From Rhizodiscina lignyota (taxonomy: Eukaryota), in NCBI GenBank assembly GCA_010015805.1, contig ML978136.1, forward strand, positions 124,001-188,000: a stretch of DNA of 64,000 bases, written 5' to 3'. The translations under genes were made by a program, and so were the position numbers. This document shows, piece by piece, positions 47,389 through 60,578 of this stretch (position 1 is the first letter of the stretch; each line of letters begins with the position of its first letter). The notes beneath the pieces are model-generated. The model was not told where the DNA came from. It saw only the letters and a program-made list of their open reading frames with translations, and searched no databases.

Positions 47389-49303
47389 ATGTTGGAGCCT
47401 CGCTCAGCTTCGTTTTCTTCTGTCATGTCGAAGGACAAGAAACCCCAGCGTCCAACGCCGTTTACTTTCATCGACCAGAGTGCTACGTCGGGAAGTTCCA
47501 CGAAACAAAGGAGGTCCCAGATCCAAAGACACATCGCCATCCAGACAAGGGATCAGAAGCGGAGACTCGAGAAGGAAGCCTCGAAAAAGTCACAAAGCTG
47601 GCCAGACAAATCGCAGTCTCCCCCAAGTGAGGGTAGAAAGCGTTCGCCGAGAGATGGTGTCGATGTCGTAGAAGAACAGAGCGCGGCACCGTCTCCGGTG
47701 GTCTCAAATGCCTCGACCACTGGAAGATTCTCTAGCTTCTCCACCTCGTCGAGCTCCGATCCGTTCACGAACTGGCCCGCGCTTTCGACTCCTCAAGATA
47801 CCACCCCCTTTGACGTCTTTCTGTCGGGAGGACGAATAGACCCTTTCAATGCCCTCGACGTACCGGCGGCCAACAATCGGGAGCTCGAACTGATGGACTA
47901 TCTCACCAACGTAATCTGGCCCGGATTCTCCCATCTAGACGCGGGCGGTCTTCGGAATCCGTATGCCGCTCGCTGGTTACAGCGGTCCTACGCCAACCCG
48001 GCTCTCAAACATGCACTCCTGATGGCATCTTCTGTTCATCTTGGTAGCGGCATCGTGTCAACCGTATCGAACCAGACGTACCAGGAGATGGTTTCGGAGC
48101 AGCTCTTCCATCAGAATGAAGCAATCCGCTACGTCCGCGAATTGCTCGGAAACGTCAACTTTGGGGATGTTAGCGACATGCTCATGGTCATAATCTGCTT
48201 GGCGACAAATGTGGTCAGGCACACAAGTGTTGCAGATCTCAGGGATCCAAGTCCGTTTAATCCGCCACTGCGCTCCGGTGGTTGGCTTGACATATATGGG
48301 ACGTGGGAATTCTCTGAAATCCATTGGAACGCATTGATGAATATGGTGAAGAATGCTGGTGGCATTTCGCAGATTAGGGAATACGGAATACCTTGGATAA
48401 TTTCGTAGTAAGTCCTCCGAGCTGCCCGCCGATTTGAGAGGGGATCTGTTGACGTTATTCCTCTTGCCCAGTGCCGATATGATGCAGTCTGCTGCCCTGG
48501 CAAAGAAACCAATGTTCCCAATGATGAGTCCTTCCGGAAACGGGATGCCAGTACCATATGAACCGCTTGAAGATATTCTTGGCTCGACACACCAGCACCT
48601 TTTGCCACAGTTGATCGATTTTACTCGGCCGCCTGGTCGTGGATTCGATTACTTGAAGACATTGAATGCTTGCGATGGAGAGCACGTCGAGGCCTTCAAG
48701 GAATTAGCGAACTACACGGTGACCGTCCAGGCGTATAACGATGGCTTCCTTCCACACGTGCCTGAGACCAGGATAGTAGACAGTCGCAACGCAGCTGCGA
48801 ATCGTCTATGTAGCTTGCCCTCTGTAGAGGAGATCAGGACCGCCGACGCTGCACAGGACGAGAATGCGTTAAGATCTGGTTTGTGGAAAGGAAGAGCGGA
48901 AAGACGGAATATGAACCTCTATGAGTGTCTGAGATTGTCGGCTTTGCTGTATAACATATTGGTGACCTTCCCGATGCCTCGGTCGAGATACGTGCGCGAC
49001 CTTCTCTCGCAGAGCTTGAAGGATACCATGGAGTCTCTCGATGGGAGATACTGCTCACAGAGAGCGGTCGGCGAGGGAAAGTTGTGGTGTTTGATGATTG
49101 CGGCATGTTCTGCTCAAGGGTCGGACGATGCGGAATGGTGGATGCAAAAGCTCGTGGAGCTGGCAGCACATATAGAAGTTGAGAGGTGGAGCGATGCCGA
49201 GAAGATCATGGACAAGTATCTCTGGCTGAAATGTGCCTGCAGCCAGGTCGGACGAGACGTGTGGGAGAGAGCCTGGAGGAGGGTTTGCGTTTCCATCTGC
49301 TGA
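47389..49303 (+). CDS. Fungal-specific transcription-factor-like protein lacking an evident Zn2Cys6 cluster
   Basis: FTFIDQS...RRSQIQRHIA basic N-terminus, GRIDPFNAL, PALKHALLMASSVH, ECLRLSALLY, VERWSDAEKIMDKYLW; intron 48408-48471; start codon uncertain. Confidence 0.72.
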
Positions 49304-51052
49304 AGTATGTGCCTGATATCCTGGGAGCGTAGTGATTAATTTCTCTCGTCGAGGCCCGCGTCGTTTTGAGAATTAAGAGAGCGCTGTTTTAGTATATACC
49401 TAAAGCGGTAACCATGATACTGTTCGTTGAGTGGGTGAATACTAAACAGAGGCAATGTTAACCAGTTTAGCTCTAGCGTTGCGAGTATCATGGGGTATAA
49501 GGCGTCGGTTGCGCGACTGTGCATACGGCGTATGCAGCCACAGAGCGGCTTCGACAAACCAACAGCTCTGTGGATTCAGCTGTGATTGCGTAGTGGATGC
49601 GAGATGCGCGTCGAAGTCCCTCGTTTTAAGTTGAAGCATACTACCACTCCTGGTATTGACCGAAACCGAGGTGCGGGAGCTTGCCATTCCAGGGATTCTA
49701 AAGAACGGGAAATAGCTATTCGTGTCCCTTCACTGGCTGCAGTGGATATTCCGCTCTGTGCTTCGCGGCGATCCGAAAAGTTTGTCCAACGTCTAAGAGT
49801 CTTCGAAGTTTCTATCTGAACCTCGGAACATTGCCCTGCGGGCTTGCGGAGTCAATAGCCGGGGTGCTACTCGGAATCAGGACGCTCAGCATCGAGACAA
49901 CGAGAGATACCATAGTACTGTAAATGAGCACCCTCCAACTCGAACTTGTGGCCAATGAAAACCGAAAAGTCTACATACGCAGTGGCAAAAACACCAAATA
50001 GATAGACGGATAAGCAAGAGTAAAGTCGATTACCACGTTGAGAAATAGCTCTCCGGATTAGGAATGCACCGTGATAGGTCATCGAATGAAAAGGCGTTCG
50101 GAACGGGCTCTAACTATTTCCAAGCACATCTCAAAAGTGACCTCTGCCCAGGGGGACGGCCGTAGAGACCGCGCGGCCGCTGGCAAACTTATTAAGAACG
50201 GAAGAAGTGAGAAAGAAGGACGGAGGGGCCAAAGTCGAAGGCGAGACCAAAAGATATATAATCTCATTTGCCGATGGATGCCAATGCCCAGGTGTCCTTT
50301 CTATTGTCAGTTCATACGAAAAGGTGCGAGCTTACGGGCGTACTACCATCCAAAGAAGCTTTCTGCGATCGCTTCTCGCTCGGCAGGCTCGGTACGTTGC
50401 CGATTTACTAAGGATGCCTTGCACGGGCCACACCGAGTGCATCTACAAATATAATTATGCAAAAGAGGAGTTGTTCGTTCTTCAGTGTTATGTTAAGAGC
50501 GACTTTTATTATTTATCTCCTGGCAAGCCACAGTTACCCTCATGCCATCTGATTCTTCTAGCCCTTATCAATGCCTGTATGGTAGCGCACTTTCTCGCGC
50601 AACACTTCTTGGGCATCTGATAGTAATGAAATCATATTCACAAGATCGGTCATCACAACACAGAAACACGTTTAGTCAGGACGCAGACCGCATGTTTGGC
50701 CAGCATGGCTGATATCCTGAACTCGCTCCTGCCTTTCGCCATAACTTCCTGCTATCTTTGATCATACTCTCACATAACATTCGGGAAACCGAACGTACTC
50801 CCGTAACTCCAAGGTATCTTGAAAGACGCCATACCCTGCTCCGTTCCAAGACACGAAATGCAGTGTCAATCTGGAAACACTGCCCACCACCAAAACATCA
50901 AAATGCAAATGCTGAGGAACAACTGTCTTGAAGAGGCATTGCTTCCGCACACGCTCCCCACCCGAACTCCACCTGCAGATGCTGAAGCTTTCCCCCTTGT
51001 GGCAATGCTCCCGGACAACAGCCGCCGAAACCTCGAATCGAATGAAGGCCCG

Positions 51053-54000
51053 CTAAATTTTCCGCTTGAAAGTAATGCTCCTAGACACCTGCGGCGCCGC
51101 CGGCAATGCATCCAAAAACGAATCACGCTCTGGTACCCATCATCAGCACTTTCCAACTCACCGAGGAATGAAGCAGGGAAATGAAAGGAAAATACATACC
51201 GCTCTCCTCATCAAATCCAATAACGATGTCATCATGCTCGCCAGGGTATTCCAACAAATCCACACAAACGAACCTCTCCTCGGCCTTTCCCTTCTTGCCG
51301 CCAGCCTCATCATCCTTCCCATCCAAACCGTTGCGACTCTCCCGCCCAGAATCCTTACTCTTCTGCCTGCGATGCCTCGTCCGCCCACCATCTCCATCCT
51401 CACCGTCTCTATCTTTCTCTTTATCCTTGTCCTTGTCCTTTCCAGGTAACGCGAACTTTGCATCCACCAGCCTAACACCCCACCGTGCGCCGCCCATCTC
51501 CCTTTCCGCTTTCTTTCCATCCACCTTCTCAAAAGCATCTGTGCCGAGCAGCTTAAACGCCATAGATTCTGCCAGGGTGAACCCTTCGAAGAAAGCTACA
51601 AGCAAGGCAGAGCTGTCACCGTCGCGTTTGAGTATCTGCACCCGTACGTCATGCGCATACTGCCGCTTGTGCACAGGCACCGGGACGAGCGCACGACGAT
51701 GCGAGATGGTGAAGCCGGACGAGAGACCGTCGAAGAGGACGCGATGTGAGCATAGGGCAGATTGAAAGCTGTGTAGGTCCAACAGGGAGGGGAAGTGGAA
51801 CGTCTCGAGCGTTGGGTTGCGAGCTGCTATATCGAGGAGAGAAGAGATCGCGTTCGGTAGTTGAGAAGAAGGCTGACTGGATATGCTTGTCATTGTTGTG
51901 CACGGAGGGCGCGGAGAGGCCGAGCGGAAGATCGAGATAGCGGAAGACGGCGTTGAGGAGGAACCGGTTGCAGGGAGGCGCATCTTCAGTTCACCGGGTA
52001 CTAGGTTCGTCAAATTCAAAATCGAAATGCGAGAAAATGGATACTCACCGATGTTCAATCGCTCCGTAACAATGACCCCGTTAGCCCTCACCACGATCCT
52101 GAACCTCGCACTCATAACGCTTCGGAGCTCCTCTGCACTGCGCGGCATATCATCCTCGTCATCGCCAATAACCATTACATCCTGCCACCTCACTGTCCTC
52201 AGCGGATCCTTCCCCGACTGCGCGAATGCCTCTGCCTGCCCAACCTGCTCGATGCCCAGCATCGATAGTCTCACATGTGCCAATACCGACTCGCCCTGCT
52301 GCAGCGCGACGCCAGTGAAGATGTCCAGCAAAGTCTGACGCTCCGGGGGACTGTGCAGCGTCACTACGAGTGTGGAAGTCTTGCTGCGAGACTCGTCGGG
52401 GGCCTTGAGAACAAGAGCGGGTCGGGACTCGCCTGTAGAATTTTCGGTGACCATTTCACATACGACGGGTTTGATGTCGCCGACATTGATGCTTAGAGAG
52501 CTAAGGTTCTTGATCTTTGGACTTGTTATAGCAAGCACACGGAAGCCACGGTGCAGTTTTCGGCGACCAGTGCCGAAGTCATAGTATTCGTATTTTTCGA
52601 ATACACGTACTCTGCAACGTTTCACCCTTTCCGTAGGGAAGGACGGCTGTTGCGGCATTTGGGGGGGTTGACGAGAAGGGTCAATTTCTTCAGAATGTTG
52701 GAGGGCCACGGTCACGACTTCATGAACCATCTTCTCTTCTTTGCCTGGCATCATCGATACTGCCACGTTACGAGTGTAGTTCCAAATCGTGACCAACTGG
52801 GCGAAATCCTGCTGCGTGAACTCGACCATCATCCCTATCTTACCGCCCGCACCAGGATTAAGGTTTGATATGTTGGCGAACAGCCTTGCTTGCTGACTCT
52901 CCCAGTTCACATCCCGCCACCCGGGACCGGGCAACGACAACTCCGCCGCTTCTTTCGATCGTTCATGCTCGTCCTGGATGCAGACTGTGATAGCTTCTGT
53001 TTGTGAGCATATCATGACTTTCAGGCCCCACGTGTTCCTTTCCCTCAGGATGCTTAGAAGACACGGAACTGGATCGCTGCGTTCCCCATCAGGACTCGAC
53101 AGCGTGACATTGACGAACATCCGCCCAAACGCAAAATCCATTTTTGTGTCGCCAAGGGGCGTGAGATTTGTTGGGCTGGAGGCTGGACTTGATAATACGA
53201 CGGATTGAGCTTCGGCAGGTAGTTGTGGATATTGAACCCAGATGCTTTGGTCTTGACCCTGAATGAGACTTGCGTGAGGTGGCATTGCATCATTCCTCGC
53301 GCAACTGGCAAGCAGCATTTTGAGAGCAGCCGAAAGGACTTCAATTCCCTCAAGGACTTGCACATTGTTTGTATCGGCGGCTTCGCGGGCAGCGGCGATA
53401 GTGGCAGGGGCAGTGAGGCCCATTCGTCCCGATCCAGTGTAGGTCTGCAGGCCAGAGAGGGACGGAAAAATGTCTTGCAGCATCCACACTACCTTCGCGA
53501 GGTCAACGTGCGCTTGGCACAATCGCATTCCTCCGCCGGTCACACTGTCTTGCCTTGAGCCAGGACGAGCATCATTCGGAGAGTTGCCGCGACTTTCGCG
53601 TGCACGACCCCGCATGATACCTTCGAGGCCTGCCCTCCCGCGTAGAAACCACCAGAGAGCACAGCGCAGCCATTGTTTTGGTGTGTAGCGAGCGGCTGGT
53701 TGAACGACTTCTGCAGTGAGGCGGAAGATGCCGCTCATGTGCTGAACACGTTCAGTAAAGTCCTCTAGCGCCATTTCAGCAGATGTATTCTGCGACAGAG
53801 AGCCAGCAGGGGAGAAATTGCCAGGAGGAATGACAGGCGGAGTAAGGCTGCTGTTCGACGTGCGATTTGAGTTGACGGTAGGGGAGGGGAGAGAACCAGC
53901 AGCCTCAGATACCCTGGTAGCGAGAGATTTAAGCGGTCCACGTGGAGATGGAGGTGGTTGCACCTGCAGTGGTGGTGGTTGAGAGCTTGGTTGTTGTGGT

Positions 54001-55706
54001 TGCTGCTGGGATTGAAGTTGTGAGGGCTGAGAAGGATAAGCTGGAGCTGGAGCTGGATATGTTGGCTGCAGTTGTGAATAATGCTGGAAGTCATGTTGGG
54101 GCGGTGGATCTGAGTAAATCTGGTGCATCGGCGGTCGCTGCTGTGACGGTTGCGGGGCGAGATGTGGGGGGAAGTAGTTTGATGACGTTCCTGGAGGTTG
54201 GATACGCGGCGAAGGTGTGGGCTGGCCATAATTGCCTCGTAAAGATGCAGGTGACTGTTCGCGAGGGGTAAGTGACATGTGCGCTGGTGGCACTGGTGAG
54301 CCTCCTTGAGGCATATCTTGTCCATATCCAGAGACTTGGAGATGATGTTGTTGCTGAGGTTGTAATGGTGGTGGATATGAGCCTGTGGTGGATATCGGTG
54401 GTCTCTCGTTTAGAGGTAATGGTGGCTTTGGAGCGGGTGCCGGTTGATAGGAGTAAGACGATTGAGCTGGAGGCCTGGATGGAGTTGGTTGAATAAGCTT
54501 GACATGCGTCTGCTCGGGCGAATAATGAGACGATTCCGGTCGGTGAGAGCCCTCAGAAGAGATACTAGGCCGGTCGGAGTCGTCCATGGCTATTGAGTTT
54601 CTGATAGCTTCGTGAAGCACTCGCCCTTCCTCCGCTCTCATTTTGTGTATTAGTCGCGCGGAGAACGAAGAAGGATCCGATGGACTAGCAGGTAAATAGT
54701 TGTCTGAGAGTGACAGAGATTTGCGGTATTCCAATGGTGATTCTGATACAACAAGATCAATCTCTGGTAGTCGAGGTGCTCTATCCATATCCGGCATGAA
54801 CGAATCTGTCCCTGCCGATGTTTGGTGGTCTGAGAATGGGTTGTCCTCCTCTTCGAAGCTCGGTCGATCTGCCTCTGAAATATCTGAGAAACCAGTCGCA
54901 GTTCTTCTCAGCGGTGCTGGCCTGAAATCTTCACTGTCGAGGCTTGGTCTTTCCTGGCGATCAAATTCCGTGACTTCAGAAAACCCTGTAGCACTTCGCT
55001 TCAATGGGCTAGGTCGGAAGTTGTCCTCTTGTATTTGAGCCTGCTGTGGTGGACTCCACGCACTCTGCTGTATTGGAGGTGTATTCTCGTGAGACACTGT
55101 ATGTGCTCTTCTCAGTCCAGAACTTCCAGGCCTTCCCGGAGACAGCTGTCTATCAGTAGCAGTGATGAATTGCGGCATGCCAACGGTTGTGTCATCTTTG
55201 TAGCCATCTGCTGACAATCGATGTGGAGAATGCTCTCTTATTTTCCCAACAGCAATCGTAGGCAGCTCCGCCTCTTCACCACCCTCACCAATGATCTCCG
55301 GCTCCGTCTTCGCGAACGCGACCTTCAGATGTGCCTTCCTCCTCTTCTTGTTCACGCCACCCATAGATCCACTGCCGCCCTTCAAACTTGAGCTCAGCGG
55401 CCCCCCGCTCCTTGGACCCGGACTGCCCTTCCCAACGTCATGCGCACCAGGCCACCTTTGAGCAGCTGCAATGTCGATTCGAGGGACCTTTGGAGGTGAA
55501 GCACCAGCAGGACGCATTGGTCTCTGCATCGCTTGCGACTTTGCAATAGAGGGTGCAAGGAAGTCCATCACGTCGTTGTTGAGTTTGAGCTTCTCTTCTG
55601 TCTGGCGGGAGAGTTGAGCATCTTCGTCCCTGTCCTTGTCCCTTTCCTTTTCCTTGGAGAAAAGCTTGCCGCGCCAGCGAGACCTCTTCGCCGAGTCCTC
55701 GGCCAT
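51053..55706 (-). CDS. Large fungal hypothetical protein (~1,540 aa): Pro/Gln-rich disordered N-half, globular C-half
   Basis: ATG 55706 (MAEDSAKRSRWRGKLFS); introns 52001-52048 and 51130-51199; last exon ERDSFLDALPAAPQVSRSITFKRKI*. Confidence 0.85.
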
Positions 55707-56730
55707 GCTGATGCACAAATAAGACGAGTATGCGTTGGGTGGAGGAAGGATTCGAGGGGTCGAGTTGGTATGGCGGAGGACGGTGCGTGAGTGGTCGTTG
55801 CAAGCGCGGGGATGTTGGGGCGCATGTGTGTGAAATGTCCTGCAGAATCAGCGACGGAAAGATTCACCAGCGTGGGCTTCTTTTCCATGTGCGGTGCATG
55901 CCATCGTGGGCAGATTGAATGTACGGCAGAAGTAGTCTGGGTCTCGATAGCGCACTGGACGTAGTATCTTCGGCTCCCCCTCGTTTCTGGCTGTTGCTCA
56001 AAGCGCCCCTCGAGTGCAACAGCTATTTCGAGGGTCTGCGCTACGGCCGCTTGCCTGCTTCACGTTAGACGACAGCCGCCGGGGTCCTTTCCTGGCACCA
56101 CTTGCGGCAAACATCCCTCCTGATCGCGGCTGGCTGGCCGTTGGTGGCGTTACAGAAGCGTGCGTATCAGGCCAGCCGCTTGCCCAGGAACAGCAACCTG
56201 TCTTGTGGCTGCCTCGAGGACAGCTCAAGCATGCAGAATTCCTGCTCGCCACCTTGCCACTTCGTATATCTGTTGACTGGCCTCGACGGCATGCGACATT
56301 GACAAGTTCTGTACGAGTCCGCACAGCGCTGGACCTCCAGCTCTGCCATTTCCTCGCCCGGAATCTGTCCTGTTCGAAGATTGCTGGATGTATCATGTGA
56401 AACATTCCAGTCATGTCCCCCACTTCTCACGATACCAATTGATGCACAGACAATCTACGTCGACATCGGGCTGCTTCCCTCTTAAGGAGTTGCATTCCTA
56501 TATTTCCGATCGGTACGATATGGCGGATTCGCGCTTGGTAGCCCATCATATTTCGTCCGATTCGGACCATTACATCCAAACTCCCGCAGCTAGTAAAAAC
56601 GATTCGTGGTTTTGATCGTCTATAAACTTCACATTTCTAGTTATAACCTCATTGTCTTTTCTATATTTTCTCCTCTCAATTGCCCGTATTTCGCACTCTC
56701 CCTCTGTGTCTGAAAAAGAGCTCTCGAACT

Positions 56731-57709
56731 ATGGACCCTCCGCTTCAAGATCTCTCCTCTTCCTTACCTCCAACACTCACCCTCGCAAACCGCAATGCCA
56801 TTGTAACAGGCGCCTCTCGCGGCATCGGCACGCGCATTGCAACTTTCCTGGCTTCTCGCGGCGCCAATGTGGCAATGACCTATACAAATCCCACTTCGAC
56901 TCCCGCCGTGGAAGAGCTGGCGAACCAGATCCGCGCGTTGGGACGTGAAGCATGCATCATTCGATACGATCTCGAACTACCGGATTGCGGAGATGTGATC
57001 GTGAAGGAGGCGCTGTCTGGCCTGGGTGTGGAGAAGATTCACATTCTGGTCAACAACGCTGCTTTGCCTGCAATGGCGTGGGCCGACGGTGATGGGTGGG
57101 ATCCCGAGTACTTTGATAGGTTGGGGTCTGATCTTGTGCATCGGAAAGTACAGTATCGTTGATGTTCGGTACAGAGTTATGAGAGTGAACGTGCGAGCAC
57201 CTGCGATGTTGGTCAAAGCTATAGTTCCACACTTCGATCTCAGCGGCGTGAACAGAATTGTAAATATGTGAGTATCTACTATCCACCTCACAAATACCAT
57301 CCTGGTAATTTAACGATTTCATAGCTGCTCCATCAACTCCCGCGCCAATTTCCCTGGCTACTCGCTCTATAGCGCCTCAAAGGCAGGAGTTGACTCTCTG
57401 ACCCGCACATGGGCGAAAGAGCTTGCAATCAAGTACCATTGCACTGTGAATAGCGTTCTAGTTGGTCCGACTGCAACTCCTGACGCGCCTGTCAGTGAAT
57501 CGAGGAGAGGAGCGATGAATATGGCAACAGCGGAGAAGAGGCTGGGCAACATGGAGGATGTCGCTGAGATTGTGGCATGGATTGCGAGCGAAGGGAGTCG
57601 ATGGTACGTGGCCTCCTTCTACTAAGAAGGGAATATCGTGGACACTAACAATGACAGGGTAAACGGAGATACGATCGGTGCGAATGGCGGTATCGTGATA
57701 CAGTCGTAA
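56731..57709 (+). CDS. Short-chain dehydrogenase/reductase (FabG-like)
   Basis: IVTGASRGIG, ILVNNA, YSASK, WVNGDTIGANGG; three short introns (~57120-57173, ~57269-57323, ~57605-57657). Confidence 0.9.
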
Positions 57710-57982
57710 CCTTACAAATCAAACTATTTGCAGGCCTTGGCAGATATTTGTACAGGGATAATAGGATAGCAAGTTCGGATTGTATATCGTTTTGTAAAGA
57801 CTTAATCAACAGATGTTGCCTCTGGTCTTGCTCATGGAAGATAGAAAAGGGTTGAATCACGTGAACGCGCGTTAAGTTCGCGTAATTTCCTTTTCCGAGA
57901 TCTCCAAGGACCCTTAAAGGGTAGGGCAAATCCAAGTGATGTTCTATCTTCAAGCTTGTCTTTCTTTTCACAGTCCATATAT

Positions 57983-59608
57983 CTATGATGAGCCTGCCGC
58001 GTGTCCTGTTGGGCCCTGCGTCGTATAGTCTACAGTCACGAAAGCTCGGTCAACATCCTTCAGGCCTTCGTAGCAGTATTGCAGCGTCTCTGCAATGTCA
58101 TGCGCTGATATCAATGATGTATCTGACGGTAGCAGGATATCGACCTCTACCCAGATGCCATCACCGCAGTGATATGCTACCTAGAGAACGTTAGCGGGTG
58201 GCTTGGATGTCTGGTTATGGGACGACCTACTATGTTCTTGAAACCATCTACTACAGGAGAAAAGCGATATGCGAGGAATAGTAATTTCTCATGCAAGCGA
58301 TCATCCACTGCTGATCCACTCAGGCGCGTCACGTTTTGAAAGCACGTCTCCGACCAGTCGTAGATGATGAAGAGCGAAAGTATCGCGGCGCCGACCGGAT
58401 CCAGCCACCAAGTGTCTACTAGCGAGCCAATCAAGGGGAACAGTAATGATAGTGTATTGAAATAGACGTCGGTCTTGCAATCTTCAAGAGACAGTTAGCT
58501 ACCGCTATGAGATGAGAGTCAATGGCACTTACCCTGAACTAATGCTTGCACTTGAGTCGTCTTGATCCGTAGACATCCCAATCCGATCAATCCTTTAACA
58601 CCAATCGTGGCCGCCATAGCAAATATGGCAACATTTGGTAGCTTCGTCGTCGAATGGTCGCCCGCTGGTAAGAGTTTTTGAAAAGACTCTTGCAAAACCT
58701 GAATGAAGCTTATGACCATGATAATGCTGAACACCAGTATGCCCAGTGGTTCCAAGCGCCGCCGCCCGACAGGAAATTTCCGTTTCAGACTTTTTGCTCT
58801 CCATGACACCAGTTTGTTCGTTGTCCATACGATGATCGTACAGAGCAGATCGAGGGCAGAGTCGACTAAGGATGCGATGAGTGAGAGGGATGTGGAAAAG
58901 AAGACGGCTCCGATTTTCGCAGCGAGGAGAAGGATGTTTGCGATGACGTTGATCTTGTTATCACGACTCAGCTGCAGTCTCACAGCGAAATGACCGTTAA
59001 GGACGACTCACATTGATGGCCAACCGTGCCTTTCTATCGTCTTTCTTCCGCTGATCTCGTTCCTCCTTTGGGAGAAGTGCCTCAACGTCTTCGTGCACTT
59101 CTTGGAGTGTTCCCTCGCGCTCTGGTATACCATCTTGGTCTCGGTCAGGGTCGAAGCTCTCGAAGACATCGTCAGCAATAGCTGTCACGACCGCGTCGAC
59201 CTCCAACCAATCGTTCAATCGCTCGTTCTGCGTTTTGTAGAACTTTCTAAGTCCTTTGTTCGGGATCTGCTTGATCTGTTGCCCTTGTCAGCATCTCGTG
59301 ATCACACTCACACGAGGAAGGCTGAGAAGGCGTACCTCGTCGTCGCTCTTTCGAAATTTCTCCCATTCATTTCTGTCTACGCCTTGGAGTAGCTTGTTCT
59401 TGAGCTGATCTCTTCTTTCGTCCTCTACTGCAAGATCAACAGCATCACGAAATTTGAATATCCGTGGCCGGGGTCTACCAAACTCGATGTCGTTTTGACC
59501 GAGCTTCTTGTCGTCGCCGTTGGCATGGCCGTTGGCAGTGCCATTGCCTAAGTCGTCGGTGAAACCGCTGGTTCCAAAGCCGGATGTCTGCTGGCGTTTC
59601 CCGACCAT
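57983..59608 (-). CDS. Cation diffusion facilitator, Mn-CDF (MTP8/11-like); start uncertain
   Basis: SLIASLVDSALDLL (DxxxD), FPVGRRRLEPLG, QDCKTDVYFN, WWLDPVGA, AHDIAETLQ...VDRAFVTVDY; multiple introns; TAG at 57983-57985. Confidence 0.88.
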
Positions 59609-60578
59609 CTGCGCAACTGAATTGACTCTGTCTCTACGACTGCGGGAGTCGCGTGAGATATAAGTGTGAGACAGCACATCGCGAATGCTTGTTGAAGTGA
59701 CGTTTGTGACGTCGATGCTTCCCAAGACAAGTTAGATCACCCCTGTCGCCCGAGTCGCCGCTACCCGCAAGCTTGTTTTCGGTATTGGCAGGGGCACATC
59801 CCGATCCTGTTCCTAGCTTCCCCATCCCATTCTAACTTCCGCATCTTCATCGCCATATCCATTTTCAGAGGTCCAAGGAATCGCTAGAGCGTCAAGTATC
59901 ACTCCTTGGCAAGTCTAAAGGCTCCCGAAAGCTTGATTCCGAGCATCAGACCGCGAGCGGCAGGTCGGCCACGAAGGCGGGTCTCGAAATCGAGAGCTGA
60001 AAATCCAACAGGAGAGTGTTCTTCCTCGCTACATTCTCTGCATCAATCCTCATGTTGTTGACCCCTCACTTTGATTGGTCATCTCAGTTCATTCCATCAT
60101 TTCTGTGGCGTTTTAATTTCACGGTCGAAAGCTTTGTTGGAGTTCGAGCATTGGATAAGGGTGGACATCGGTTCAGCTTTCAGCTGCTGCAAGGCTGAAG
60201 ATCCGCACTACCGACGGACCAGCAAACCGCCGTATTACCCATGCAGATGGAATGCATGTCACTCCGCCTCAAACGGTACTTTTGAGATTTTACTACAACT
60301 GTATGGTTGCAAGCATAAGCGAAGCCAGCTCCCTATTGCCTAGATAGTTCGGTTCACATCTGAGTATGTACCTTTAACTGGGAACCGCGCGTTCTTCAAT
60401 GGCTGTTCTACATAGCCGGAAAATCCTTCAAGACGGTTCACCGGAGGAATCCTATCTAACAAGGAGATGAAGTTCAGCCCATATGAGTACCGGCATGTTG
60501 TATGTAGATGAGTGACTTTCAGGTGTTTTCGTTGCTCGCCTAGATTTTTCGTTATTTCTTCAGTCATTCGTTTTCAAG

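Noticed and set aside
49304..51052. Short ORFs between the TF-like gene and the large gene
   Set aside because: No motifs or consistent splice model
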